A stretch of DNA of 32,141 nucleotides from Actinomycetota bacterium (GTDB taxonomy: Bacteria > Actinomycetota > Acidimicrobiia > Acidimicrobiales > Aldehydirespiratoraceae), in NCBI GenBank assembly GCA_012271125.1, contig JAAXHB010000028.1, positions 1 to 32,141 on the forward strand. Reading direction: 5' to 3'. This document shows positions 23,816 to 32,141 of this stretch, piece by piece. Both the position numbers and the translations under genes were made by a program. The notes beneath the pieces were generated by a model. That model saw only the letters and a program-made list of their open reading frames with translations, had not been told where the DNA came from and ran no database searches. Within the stretch, counting starts at the first letter, position 1, and each line of letters begins with the position of its first letter.

Positions 23816-24811
23816 ATGGGGTCAACCACCCGCGCCCAAAAATCTTCATCTCAAAAACCTTCGTCCCAAAAACCGTCATCCCAAAAATCTTCGTCTAAGT
23901 CTTCAACTAAGACAGCAACATCGTCGTTTGGTACTTCTAAACGTGAAGGCCACAACGCCGACGCCTTCTACGAGCGTTTCCCCACGCCAAACCAAGACCA
24001 AGAACTCACACCTCAACCTCCCGAAAAGGTCGACGAGCTCCTAGTCGGCGACTCTCGCAACATGAAAGAACTTGCCGACAACTCCGTCGCACTTGTTGTC
24101 ACGTCGCCGCCGTATTTCGCCGGCAAGGAATATGAGCTAGAGCCCGGTTCTAACGGCGTGCCTGCTAGCTATATCGAATATTTGAAGATGCTCGCTGACG
24201 TTTTCAGCGAATGCTGGCGTGTTCTCGAACCTGGCGGACGCATCGCCGTCAATGTCGCCAACCTCGGCAGACGCCCTTACCGCTCCCTAAGCGCCGACGT
24301 TGCCCGCATCCTCCAAGACGATGTCGGCTATCTCCTGCGTGGCGAAGTCATTTGGCAAAAATCCGCAGGCTCAAACTCCAACTGCGCCTGGGGTTCGTTC
24401 CAATCCGCCGCCAACCCAGTGCTCCGTGACGTGACCGAGCGTGTGATTATCGCCAGCAAACTCCGCTTTGATCGTGCTATGTCACGTAAGCAACGCCAAA
24501 AAGACGGCCTCCCGCACGAAAACAGCATTTCTAAAGAGGATTTCATGGAGTGGACGCTCGATGTATGGCAGATCGCTCCTGAGTCGGCACGCCGAGTCGG
24601 TCACCCAGCTCCGTTCCCGGTGGAGCTTCCCAAGCGCCTGATCGAGCTCTACACCTACGAAAAAGATTTAGTCCTAGACCCTTTTGTCGGTGCCGGCACA
24701 ACCGCCCTCGCTGCCAAAGACACAAACCGCCATTACTGGGGCTACGACACCGACTCCAGCTACATCACCCTCGCCGAAAAACGCCTCCAGCCCCAACAGA
24801 AGAACAGCTAG
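23816..24811 (+). CDS. Orphan beta-class DNA methyltransferase (N4-cytosine or N6-adenine; N4/N6 MTase domain) with an N-terminal (SSQKP)n tail
   Basis: Motif IV VVTSPPYF precedes motif I LDPFVGAGTT (beta-class order), with HPAPFPVELP between them. No endonuclease-like ORF is adjacent. Confidence 0.85.
   Translation: MGSTTRAQKSSSQKPSSQKPSSQKSSSKSSTKTATSSFGTSKREGHNADAFYERFPTPNQDQELTPQPPEKVDELLVGDSRNMKELADNSVALVVTSPPYFAGKEYELEPGSNGVPASYIEYLKMLADVFSECWRVLEPGGRIAVNVANLGRRPYRSLSADVARILQDDVGYLLRGEVIWQKSAGSNSNCAWGSFQSAANPVLRDVTERVIIASKLRFDRAMSRKQRQKDGLPHENSISKEDFMEWTLDVWQIAPESARRVGHPAPFPVELPKRLIELYTYEKDLVLDPFVGAGTTALAAKDTNRHYWGYDTDSSYITLAEKRLQPQQKNS
23837..23896 (+). repeat. 4 x 15-bp tandem repeat encoding (Q)KxSS units at the MTase N-terminus
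   Basis: caaaaatcttcatct / caaaaaccttcgtcc / caaaaaccgtcatcc / caaaaatcttcgtct. Confidence 0.9.
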
Positions 24812-24863
24812 CTGGGCTGGCGGGCTTAAATGCGCGCCCGAAGTTAGTAACAGGTAGAGGCGA

Positions 24864-24984
24864 ACTTGGCAAGTTTCTTTCGGGAACGTCGAGCCGTAGC
24901 AAGAGACTGGGTAGTGCTAACGGAAGAGACGGAACGCAGGCTCGAAGCGTAAAGCGGCGAGGTGACAGAAAAAACTTGCCAAGT
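24864..24984. ncRNA. Candidate structured RNA or MITE-like element: about 121-nt purine-rich segment with three nested inverted repeats
   Basis: The outer helix pairs 24864-24881 with 24968-24984 (17 bp, one bulged C). The middle helix pairs tcgagcc (24889-24895) with ggctcga (24939-24945). The inner hairpin is gtagca/tgcta-a-c around a 13-nt loop. It lies between convergent stop codons, and its family and strand are unknown. Confidence 0.3.
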
Positions 24985-24995
24985 GAGGTCCGAAA

Positions 24996-25793
24996 TTAAG
25001 TGTTAGTAAAAACGGGAGGGCGTTTTTCGGCAAAAGCACGCGGCCCTTCTTTGGCGTCATTGGATTTGAGCACAGCCTGCCCGTAGTCCCATTCGTAGCG
25101 CAGCCCCTCATCAAGCGTCATCCCATCAGTCTCATGCAAAGTCTTCGTAATAGCAGCCACAGCAATCGGCCCGCAAGAAGCAACCTGCTCAGCCAACTCC
25201 ATTGCCTTGTCCAGAGCAGTCCCATCAGGCACAACATGGCCAATCAAGCCAATATCCAACGCTTCCTGTGCCGAAATGTGCTTACCCGTCAACAAAAGCT
25301 CAGCCGCATGCGTATAAGCAATCTGACGCGGCAGCCGCACCGCTGAGCCTGCCATCGGATACAACGACCATCGTGCCTCGCTCACGCCAAAGCGAGCAGA
25401 CTCACCAGCAACCCGTATCTCAGTAGCCGCCAATAGTTCAGTCCCACCTGCAATAGCCGCACCTTCAACAGCAGCAACAATCGGCTTAGTCGGCCGATAA
25501 TGACGAAACATTGCTTTGTAAATCAGATCAGGATCTTCAGTCATCCGCGCCTTGGTATCAAGCGGATCATCACTTTTGGCATCCCCCGCCATCGCCCGCA
25601 AATCCGCCCCAGCACAAAAGTTCCCACCAGCACCCGTCAATACCAGACACCGCACATCAGGATCGTTGGACGCCTCCTCGCAAGCATCATGAAAACGGAT
25701 CAGCATCGCCCCGGTCAGCGCATTGAGACGCTCCGGCCGATTCAACGTCACCACCACAACAGCCCCACGCCTCTCAACTAGAGCATCTGGCAT
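24996..25793 (-). CDS. Enoyl-CoA hydratase/isomerase (crotonase) family protein
   Basis: VVVVTLNRPERLNAL, GAGGNFCAGADL and AIAGGTELLAATEIRVA. It lies 3 nt downstream of the gcvP stop, so the two are probably co-transcribed. Confidence 0.9.
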   Translation of the reverse strand: MPDALVERRGAVVVVTLNRPERLNALTGAMLIRFHDACEEASNDPDVRCLVLTGAGGNFCAGADLRAMAGDAKSDDPLDTKARMTEDPDLIYKAMFRHYRPTKPIVAAVEGAAIAGGTELLAATEIRVAGESARFGVSEARWSLYPMAGSAVRLPRQIAYTHAAELLLTGKHISAQEALDIGLIGHVVPDGTALDKAMELAEQVASCGPIAVAAITKTLHETDGMTLDEGLRYEWDYGQAVLKSNDAKEGPRAFAEKRPPVFTNT

Positions 25794-25796
25794 CTC

Positions 25797-28691
25797 CTAA
25801 GACGCCAATAAATCCATTGGCGGGCAGCTACAGACAATGTTGCGGTCACCGTAAGCACCATCAATTCGCGAAACAGGAGGCCAGTACTTGTTGATCTGAT
25901 CGCTACCAGATGGAAACGCCGCCTCCGAGCGCAAATACGGATGCGGCCAATCGTCAGCAGTTACGTCCTCACATGTGTGCGGCGCATTCACCAGCGGATT
26001 GTCATCAGCAGGCCAGTCCCCAGAACCAACCCGCTTAGCCTCAGCAGCAATCGCCAGCATCGCCTCACAGAAACGGTCAAGCTCCGCCTTGTCCTCAGAT
26101 TCGGTCGGCTCCACCATCAGTGTCCCCGCAACAGGAAAGCTCATCGTCGGCGCATGAAAGCCGTAGTCGATAAGCCGCTTGGCGATGTCGTCAACAGAAA
26201 CCCCGTACTCGTCTTTCAAAACACGAGTATCGAGAATGCACTCATGAGCCACATACCCGTTAGTCCCCGAATACAAAATCGGATAAACCTCAGCCAGCCG
26301 AGTAGCAACATAGTTGGCGTTCAGGATCGCTATCTCAGTCGCGCGACGCATCCCCTCAGCACCCATCATCCGTATATACATCCACGGAATCGCCAAAATC
26401 CCAGCCGAACCCCAAGGCGCAGCCGCAATCGGACCCGGCCCTGTCGGAGGCCCAGCCACAGGAGTCAACGGATGATTCGGCATAAACGGCGCCAAATGCT
26501 CAGCCACACCAATCGGCCCAACCCCAGGCCCACCGCCGCCGTGAGGAATGCAAAACGTCTTGTGCAAGTTCAAATGCCCAACATCGGCACCGAACTGCCC
26601 AGGTCGAGCCAACCCGACCATCGCGTTCAGGTTCGCCCCGTCCAAATACACCTGCCCGCCATGCTCATGTACAACGTCACAAATGTGACGAATCGCCGGC
26701 TCAAACACACCATGTGTCGACGGATAAGTAATCATCAACGCCGCCAAAGAATCCGAATGCTCATGCGCGAGCCGTTTCAAGTCGTCAACGTCGACATTGC
26801 CGTTGTCGTCGCACTCAACGACGACAACACGCATCCCTGCCATCACCGCACTCGCCGCATTCGTGCCATGCGCCGACGACGGAATCAGACAAACATCACG
26901 ACCCGCATCGTCACGACTCTGGTGATAAGCACGAATCGCCAATAACCCCGCCAGCTCACCTTGCGCCCCGCTGTTGGGCTGCAACGACACCGCCGCATAA
27001 CCGGTGATCTCCGCCAACCAGTTCTCCAGCTGATCCATCATCAGCTGATACCCAGCGGTCTGATCAGTCGGCGCAAACGGATGAATGTCAGCCAACTCCG
27101 GCCAACTCACCGGCTCCATCTCGATAGCAGCATTGAGCTTCATCGTGCACGACCCCAGTGGAATCATCGACCGATCCAGCGCAATGTCACGATTCACCAG
27201 ACCCCGCATGTAACGCACCAAATCGGTCTCACTGCGATACGCACTAAAAATCGGATGCGACAACGGTGGCGTCGATCGCTGATACCCCGAAGGAATCGAC
27301 TCCGCCACAGCGTCCAAATCGTCAACGTCGGCATCAATCCCGAACGCCGACCACACAATCTGCACCTCACGCCGAGTAGTGGTCTGATCCAACGCCGCCG
27401 CAACCGTGTCAACGTCAACTCGACGCAAGTTCACACCCTCAGCCAACGCCAAAGCAATGACCTTGTCGGCCCGCCCTGGTACCCGAGCACACACCGTGTC
27501 AAAAAACTCGTCATGCACAATCTCAACGCCGCCGTCACGCAACCCCTGCGCTAACACCCCCGCCAAACGATTGACACGCTCCGCAATACGGCGCAACCCG
27601 CTCGGCCCGTGATACAGCGCATACATCGACGCCATCACCGCCAACAACACCTGCGCCGTGCAAATATTCGACGTCGCCTTCTCCCGACGAATGTGCTGCT
27701 CACGTGTCTGCAACGCCAACCGCAACGCCTGACGTCCTTTCGTGTCAACCGACACCCCGACTAAACGCCCCGGCAACGACCGCGCATTGTCCTCGCGCAC
27801 CGCGATATACGCCGCATGCGGCCCCCCGAACCCCATCGGCACACCAAATCGCTGCGTTGACCCCACCACAACGTCCGCCCCCAATTCACCCGGCGGTGTC
27901 AACACACACAGTGCCAACGGATCAGCCGCCACCGCCACCTGCACACCAGCGGCATGCGCCCGTTCCACCACCGCCGCCAAATCCACGATTGCGCCGGTCG
28001 TGCCCGGATACTGCACCAACATCCCGTAAGCCCCGTCCAAATCCGCGGTCGCCGGATCACCCACAACGACATCCAATCCAATCGGCTCCGCCCGAGTGCC
28101 CACCACCGCAATCGTCTGCGGATGACAATCCGCATCCACAACAAAGCGCAACCCCTTCGCCTTGCGATTCGTCCGCTGCAGTAAGGTCATCGCCTCCGCC
28201 GCCGCTGTCGGCTCATCCAACAAAGACGCATTGGCAACATCCATGCCGGTCAACTCCGCCACCATCGTCTGATAATTCAGCAACGCCTCCAACCGACCCT
28301 GCGAAATCTCCGGCTGATACGGCGTGTAAGCCGTATACCACCCCGGATTTTCCAACACATTGCGCCGAATCAGCGCCGGCGTAATCGTCTGGTGATACCC
28401 CATCCCAATCATCGACGTCACCAGCAAGTTCTTGCGAGCCATCTCCCGCAACTCATCTTGCGCGAACTGCTGCCGACACGCATCGGGCAAATTCAACGCC
28501 TCGCGCTTGCGAATGTCATCAGGCACAACCCGATCAATCAGCTCACCGAGATCACCCACACCAATCGTGTCCAGCATCTGCTGCACCGCCTGCGCCCCAG
28601 GCCCAATATGACGCCCCGCAAAAGTATGACGAGCATGCAGGTCATCAAGCGTCAACCGCTTGCCCGATTCTTGATTTAGTCCACGTGACAT
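25797..28691 (-). CDS. gcvP: Glycine dehydrogenase (decarboxylating), single-chain P protein
   Basis: About 960 aa with [32 protein letters not shown] and the PLP-lysine region [16 protein letters not shown]. The start is placed at ATG 28691; the track start at 28718 is a TTG. Confidence 0.95.
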   Translation of the reverse strand: MSRGLNQESGKRLTLDDLHARHTFAGRHIGPGAQAVQQMLDTIGVGDLGELIDRVVPDDIRKREALNLPDACRQQFAQDELREMARKNLLVTSMIGMGYHQTITPALIRRNVLENPGWYTAYTPYQPEISQGRLEALLNYQTMVAELTGMDVANASLLDEPTAAAEAMTLLQRTNRKAKGLRFVVDADCHPQTIAVVGTRAEPIGLDVVVGDPATADLDGAYGMLVQYPGTTGAIVDLAAVVERAHAAGVQVAVAADPLALCVLTPPGELGADVVVGSTQRFGVPMGFGGPHAAYIAVREDNARSLPGRLVGVSVDTKGRQALRLALQTREQHIRREKATSNICTAQVLLAVMASMYALYHGPSGLRRIAERVNRLAGVLAQGLRDGGVEIVHDEFFDTVCARVPGRADKVIALALAEGVNLRRVDVDTVAAALDQTTTRREVQIVWSAFGIDADVDDLDAVAESIPSGYQRSTPPLSHPIFSAYRSETDLVRYMRGLVNRDIALDRSMIPLGSCTMKLNAAIEMEPVSWPELADIHPFAPTDQTAGYQLMMDQLENWLAEITGYAAVSLQPNSGAQGELAGLLAIRAYHQSRDDAGRDVCLIPSSAHGTNAASAVMAGMRVVVVECDDNGNVDVDDLKRLAHEHSDSLAALMITYPSTHGVFEPAIRHICDVVHEHGGQVYLDGANLNAMVGLARPGQFGADVGHLNLHKTFCIPHGGGGPGVGPIGVAEHLAPFMPNHPLTPVAGPPTGPGPIAAAPWGSAGILAIPWMYIRMMGAEGMRRATEIAILNANYVATRLAEVYPILYSGTNGYVAHECILDTRVLKDEYGVSVDDIAKRLIDYGFHAPTMSFPVAGTLMVEPTESEDKAELDRFCEAMLAIAAEAKRVGSGDWPADDNPLVNAPHTCEDVTADDWPHPYLRSEAAFPSGSDQINKYWPPVSRIDGAYGDRNIVCSCPPMDLLAS

Positions 28692-28717
28692 AGCGCTCAC
28701 GCTACCCACGACAATCA

Positions 28718-28734
28718 ACGATTTTCAAAATCGT
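28718..28734. promoter_or_regulatory. 17-bp palindrome ACGATTTT-C-AAAATCGT in the gcvP / DUF35 divergent spacer (candidate operator)
   Basis: Perfect 8-bp arms, followed by the direct repeat GTCACA-A-GTCACA at 28735-28747. It sits in a 77-bp spacer between divergent starts. Confidence 0.4.
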
Positions 28735-28768
28735 GTCACAAGTCACATAGAAGATTTACGATGACAAT

Positions 28769-29191
28769 ATGCGCCCCGCCCTAGACGGCTTCTTTGCTTA
28801 CGACGACAACGGCGACGCCTACCTAATCGGTGGCAAATTCAAAAACACCGACTCCTATTTCTTCCCCAAACACCTCGGCGGCACCGACCCTGACGTCGGC
28901 GCAAATGCCGAAATCGAAGAAGTCGCCCTAAGCCGCTACGGAACCCTCTGGTCATACACCACCAGTCACTACCAACCCCCCGAGCCGTTCATCGCAGCAA
29001 CCGACACTTTTGAGCCAATAACAATCGCCGCAGTAAAGCTAGAGCACGAAAAAATGGTCGTCTTAGGTCAATGCCCTGCCGGTATCACCCCCGATGACCT
29101 CCATATTGGTATGCGCATGGAACTAATCATCGACAAGCTCTACTCAGACGAAGATGGTGATTACTCAGTATGGATGTGGATGCCCGCATAA
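28769..29191 (+). CDS. OB-fold DUF35-type protein (thiolase-associated), lacking the Cys4 zinc ribbon
   Basis: 140 aa with a TLWSYTT...AAVKLE...V.GQ OB-fold pattern. It is coupled (TAATG) to the downstream thiolase-like gene, the usual DUF35/SCP-x thiolase pairing. Confidence 0.7.
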   Translation: MRPALDGFFAYDDNGDAYLIGGKFKNTDSYFFPKHLGGTDPDVGANAEIEEVALSRYGTLWSYTTSHYQPPEPFIAATDTFEPITIAAVKLEHEKMVVLGQCPAGITPDDLHIGMRMELIIDKLYSDEDGDYSVWMWMPA

Positions 29192-30387
29192 TGACTATCG
29201 ATCCCATTGCCGTAATAGGCGTCGGCATGCACCCCTGGGGCAAATGGGGACGCAACTTCGTCGACTACGCCATAACCGCCGCCACCAAGGCCATCGCCGA
29301 CGCCCAAATCAACTACAAAGTCAACTACAAAGACATTGACTTTGTCTCCGGTGCCATCACCGTGCGCTGCGGTTACCCCGGATACGTCGCCGGCTCAACC
29401 TTTGCCCGAGCTCTCGGCTTCACCGGCGCACAAATCGCTAGTAGCTACGCCGCCTGCGCCTCCGGCACCATCGCCCTGCAAGCCGCCCGAGGCCAAATCC
29501 TCGCCGGCGCATGCGACGTCGCACTCGTAATCGGTGCCGACACGACTCCCAAAGGCTTCCTTGCCCCAAACCCCGGCGAGCGCCCCGACGACACCGACTG
29601 GCTGCGCTTCCGACTAATCGGCGCAACCAACCCCGTCTACTTCGGCCTCCACGCCCGCCGCCGCATGGACCTCTACGGCGCCACCACCGACGACTTCGCC
29701 CAAGTCAAGGTCAAAAACTCCCGCCACGCCGCAACCAACCCCAACGCCCGCTTCACATCCGAATACAGCCTCGACGACGTCCGCAACAGCCCCATCGTCT
29801 CCGACCCGCTGCGCCTGCTCGACATATGCGCCACATCCGATGGTGCAGCGGCACTAGTGGTCGCCTCGATGGAATGGGCAAAAGCCCACGGCCACCCCAA
29901 CCCCGTCAAAGTTGCAGGCATTTCCACCGCTTCGCCCACCTACCCAGACCCGGTAATCGATTTGCCCTACATCGCCTCCGACTCCGCCGCAACCAACAAC
30001 ACCTCCTTTAAAGACTCGATCCCCCTAAAGGCATATGCCGAAGCCGGCCTCGGCCCCGATGACATGGACTTAGCCGAGGTCTACGATCTCTCAACAGCAC
30101 TCGAGCTCGACTGGTACGAACATCTCGGCTTTTGCCCCAAAGGAGAAGCCGAAAAAATGCTCCGAGACGGCGAAACCAGCATCGGCGGACGCCTTCCCGT
30201 CAATCCCAGCGGCGGATTAGGCGCTTTTGGCGAAGCCGTGCCGGCTCAAGCCGTAGCCCAAGTCTGTGAAATCACCTGGCAACTCCGAGACCAAGCCAAA
30301 GATCGCCAAGTCCAAGGCGCATCCGCAGGCATCACCGTAAATCAAGGACTTTTCGGCCACGGCTCGTCTGTAATTCTGCGGCGATAA
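29191..30387 (+). CDS. Thiolase-like protein (SCP-x / lipid-transfer type)
   Basis: IAVIGVGMHPWGKW, SYAACASGT (nucleophile Cys region), ICATSDGAAALVV and NPSGGL. The start is at ATG 29191. Confidence 0.85.
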   Translation: MTIDPIAVIGVGMHPWGKWGRNFVDYAITAATKAIADAQINYKVNYKDIDFVSGAITVRCGYPGYVAGSTFARALGFTGAQIASSYAACASGTIALQAARGQILAGACDVALVIGADTTPKGFLAPNPGERPDDTDWLRFRLIGATNPVYFGLHARRRMDLYGATTDDFAQVKVKNSRHAATNPNARFTSEYSLDDVRNSPIVSDPLRLLDICATSDGAAALVVASMEWAKAHGHPNPVKVAGISTASPTYPDPVIDLPYIASDSAATNNTSFKDSIPLKAYAEAGLGPDDMDLAEVYDLSTALELDWYEHLGFCPKGEAEKMLRDGETSIGGRLPVNPSGGLGAFGEAVPAQAVAQVCEITWQLRDQAKDRQVQGASAGITVNQGLFGHGSSVILRR

Positions 30388-30601
30388 TCCACCGCATGCT
30401 TTCGTTTTAAAGTGCTAAATCGCTCTTACCCGCCAAATCCCTAGTAAATCCAACATCGCAACCCCTTTGTGGGCTAATGTTTGAGCAACCCCAACGCTTG
30501 TTTTCACGGTCCAACCCTGAAATCAGGTCCCAAAAGTGTCTTCAGCAGTAAATACCCAACAGTAAATACGGCTGTGACATAGCGCCAGAAAGGAGCGCCA
30601 A

Positions 30602-30880
30602 ATGAATAAAGGTGAACTCGTCGCAGCAATGGCGGGTCAAGCCGATGTCTCTCAGGCTGATGCTGGAAGGTGTCTCGACGCCTTCCTGTCAACAGTTGAG
30701 GACGAAGTATGCAGCGGCGGCGACGTAAACATCTCGGGTTACCTAAAGTTTTCCCGTACTCGCCGCAGCGCACGCACCGCCCGCAACCCAAGAACGGGCG
30801 AAACCGTCAATGTGCCAGCGACAAACGCAATGAAGGTGCAAGTCGGTTCCAAGCTCAAGGCTGCTGTTAAAGCTTCCTAA
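30602..30880 (+). CDS. hup: HU/IHF-family nucleoid-associated DNA-binding protein
   Basis: MNKGELVAAMA and the RTARNPRTGE arm motif, 92 aa. A GAAAGGAG Shine-Dalgarno lies upstream. Confidence 0.9.
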   Translation: MNKGELVAAMAGQADVSQADAGRCLDAFLSTVEDEVCSGGDVNISGYLKFSRTRRSARTARNPRTGETVNVPATNAMKVQVGSKLKAAVKAS

Positions 30881-30886
30881 AGCAAT

Positions 30887-30917
30887 GGTGGGTACCGGCA
30901 AGTCGCCGGTACCCACC
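30887..30917 (+). terminator. Perfect 13-bp stem / 5-nt loop hairpin after hup (I-shaped terminator, no U-tract)
   Basis: ggtgggtaccggc-aagtc-gccggtacccacc begins 6 nt after the hup stop. Confidence 0.6.
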
Positions 30918-30990
30918 CAAAGCCTGCGCAATCACCCCAGTTATGGGCACCCAAATCATGGGCTTCTCTAGCGCAGCTTTGTAAACACTT

Positions 30991-31416
30991 ATGCCCATCA
31001 ATCCGGCTGACGTAATCGCACACCGCGACCCGTTCCTATTCGTTGATGAAATAACAGAACTGGTTCCCGGGGTCAGCGCCCGAGGCACTTGGCACCTAAC
31101 CGGCGACGAAGCCTTCTTCCAAGGACATTTCCCCGAACGCCCCACCCTTCCAGGCGTTCTAATGTGTGAAGCAATCGCCCAACTTGGTGCCGTCGCCTTG
31201 CTAAGCGACGACCGTTTCAGCGGCAAACTCCCCTTATTCGGCGGTATCGACTCCGCTCGCTTCCGTCATCAAGTCGTCCCCGGCGACACTCTCGAACTTT
31301 CAGTTGAAATGACCAAACTCAGCGCCCGAGCCGGCAAAGGCAAAGGCAGCGCCACTGTTAACGGCAAAACCGCCGCCGAAGCCGGCCTCATGTTCATTAT
31401 CGCCGACACCGCATAA
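30991..31416 (+). CDS. fabZ: 3-hydroxyacyl-ACP dehydratase
   Basis: HRDPFLFVDE and FFQGHFPERPTLPGVLMCEAIAQ (hotdog-fold catalytic His/Glu context). Confidence 0.9.
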   Translation: MPINPADVIAHRDPFLFVDEITELVPGVSARGTWHLTGDEAFFQGHFPERPTLPGVLMCEAIAQLGAVALLSDDRFSGKLPLFGGIDSARFRHQVVPGDTLELSVEMTKLSARAGKGKGSATVNGKTAAEAGLMFIIADTA

Positions 31417-31449
31417 CGACGACGTTTTCAACGACGACGTCTGCGGCTA

Positions 31450-32141
31450 CTAAGCCGGGCCGATTACCAAAGTCCCGTTATGTCCGCCAAATCCAAACGA
31501 GTTTGAAATAGCAATCCCCGGCTCCCAAGAAGCCGCCTCACCGGAAACCACCTGAATCGGCGGCAACTCCGGGTCCTGCTCGGTAAGTCCAGCAGTCGGC
31601 GGAATCAAGCCCTTTTGAATCGCCAACACCACCGCTGCGGCTTCCAGCGCCCCCGCAGCCCCAAGCCCATGTCCGGTAACACCCTTAGTAGAGGTCACCA
31701 ACGGCCCTGGAGATGTCCCAAAAACCGCCGCCAAAGCCTGCGCTTCAGCCGCATCGTTCAAATCCGTCGATGTGCCATGAGCGTTCACATGCACCACATC
31801 ACCAGCATCCACACCCGCATCAGCCAACGCCTGGGTCATACACGCCGCCGCTCCCGCACCGCCAGGTGCCGGTGCTGTGATGTGATATGCATCAGTATTT
31901 GATGCCGACCCCAGCACTTCGGCCAAAATCGTCGCCCCTCGACCTTGCGCCTGATCCCATTCCTCCAACACCAAAATCGCCGCACCTTCGGTCATCACAA
32001 ACCCGTCACGGTTCGCATCAAAAGGCCGACTAACCCCGCTCGCGCTCAAAGCCGTCATATTCGTGAACCCCGCCACCGCGGTCGGCGTAAACGGTGCTTC
32101 TGAACCACCGGCAAGCATCGCATCACAACGCCCGTCAGCGA
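31450..32141 (-). CDS. fabF: 3-oxoacyl-ACP synthase II (KAS II), N-terminus outside the window
   Basis: NAHGTSTDLND, TKGVTGHGLGAAGALEA and SNSFGFGGHNGTLV. The frame stays open to the window edge. Confidence 0.9.
   Translation of the reverse strand, partial: ADGRCDAMLAGGSEAPFTPTAVAGFTNMTALSASGVSRPFDANRDGFVMTEGAAILVLEEWDQAQGRGATILAEVLGSASNTDAYHITAPAPGGAGAAACMTQALADAGVDAGDVVHVNAHGTSTDLNDAAEAQALAAVFGTSPGPLVTSTKGVTGHGLGAAGALEAAAVVLAIQKGLIPPTAGLTEQDPELPPIQVVSGEAASWEPGIAISNSFGFGGHNGTLVIGPA

Noticed and set aside
6761-23896. Tandem repeats considered as possible CRISPR arrays
   Set aside because: All arrays are contiguous 12-24-bp units without unique spacers. Most lie inside CDSs in frame, and no cas genes are present.
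24897-24919. TAGCA-N13-TGCTA resembling a CIRCE (HrcA operator) core; also AAGTGCTAA at about 30401-30409
   Set aside because: The spacing is wrong (CIRCE has 15 nt between these pentamers) and the flanking CTC/GAG positions do not match. The site lies between convergent gene ends rather than in a chaperone promoter. The 30401-30409 site lacks a left half-site.
24891-24923. GAGCCGTA... resembling the 5' half of a group II intron domain V
   Set aside because: The hairpin has a 13-nt loop instead of a GNRA tetraloop. The 3' strand does not restore the ACGGTTC pairing. No intron-encoded protein or other intron domains are nearby.
24866-24952. 28-codon TTG-initiated ORF (MASFFRERRAVARDWVVLTEETERRLEA) inside the purine-rich spacer
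   Set aside because: It has no ATG or GTG start and no Shine-Dalgarno. It is very short and overlaps the paired arms of the inverted repeats, so a structural explanation is more economical.
25941-26945. 334-aa + strand ORF, together with 27704..28384 (226 aa) and 26961..27554, lying opposite gcvP
   Set aside because: The translations are Pro/Arg/His/Thr-rich low complexity with no recognisable motifs. They lie antisense to an unambiguous gcvP frame. Long stop-free antisense frames are expected in DNA this skewed.
31413-31449. AACGACGACGT direct repeat between the fabZ and fabF stops as a possible terminator
   Set aside because: It is a direct repeat, not an inverted one. Only a 4-bp cgtt/aacg hairpin can form, which is too weak to call.

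Overview
This is a gene-dense chromosomal core segment of an actinobacterium. The evidence is a mycothione-reductase-like mtr and Mycobacterium-like synteny (comEC-holA-rpsT-lepA-hrcA-dnaJ, and pgsA-gcvH-garA-MerR-DUF151-MerR with gcvT and gcvP nearby). About 35 genes are housekeeping: translation factors, chaperones, the complete glycine-cleavage set gcvH/T/P, aroC, fabZ/fabF, hup and one tRNA-Pro. I saw no rRNA, CRISPR array, transposase or integrase, and all identifications come from motifs read by eye with no database search. Six things stand out. (1) A 48-62 nt hairpin-bearing repeat is inserted three times, in the same orientation and reading frame, inside two adjacent essential genes (the DUF512 radical-SAM gene twice, der once). 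Its stem shows compensatory changes between copies, resembling the in-frame Rickettsia palindromic elements. (2) selD is a selenoprotein gene: the ORF track truncates it at an in-frame TGA, and the true N-terminus reads MAKRLTEFSHGAG-U-GCK with a downstream SECIS-like hairpin. (3) The + strand is C/A-rich whatever the gene orientation, so synonymous codon choice flips with strand (Lys is AAA in + genes and AAG in - genes). (4) An orphan SPPY DNA methyltransferase is followed by a purine-rich 184-nt spacer with nested inverted repeats, either a structured RNA or a MITE-like element. (5) A membrane pseudokinase is translationally coupled to a LysM membrane protein. (6) Many short tandem repeats and N/D/T-rich triplet insertions lie inside or between conserved genes.
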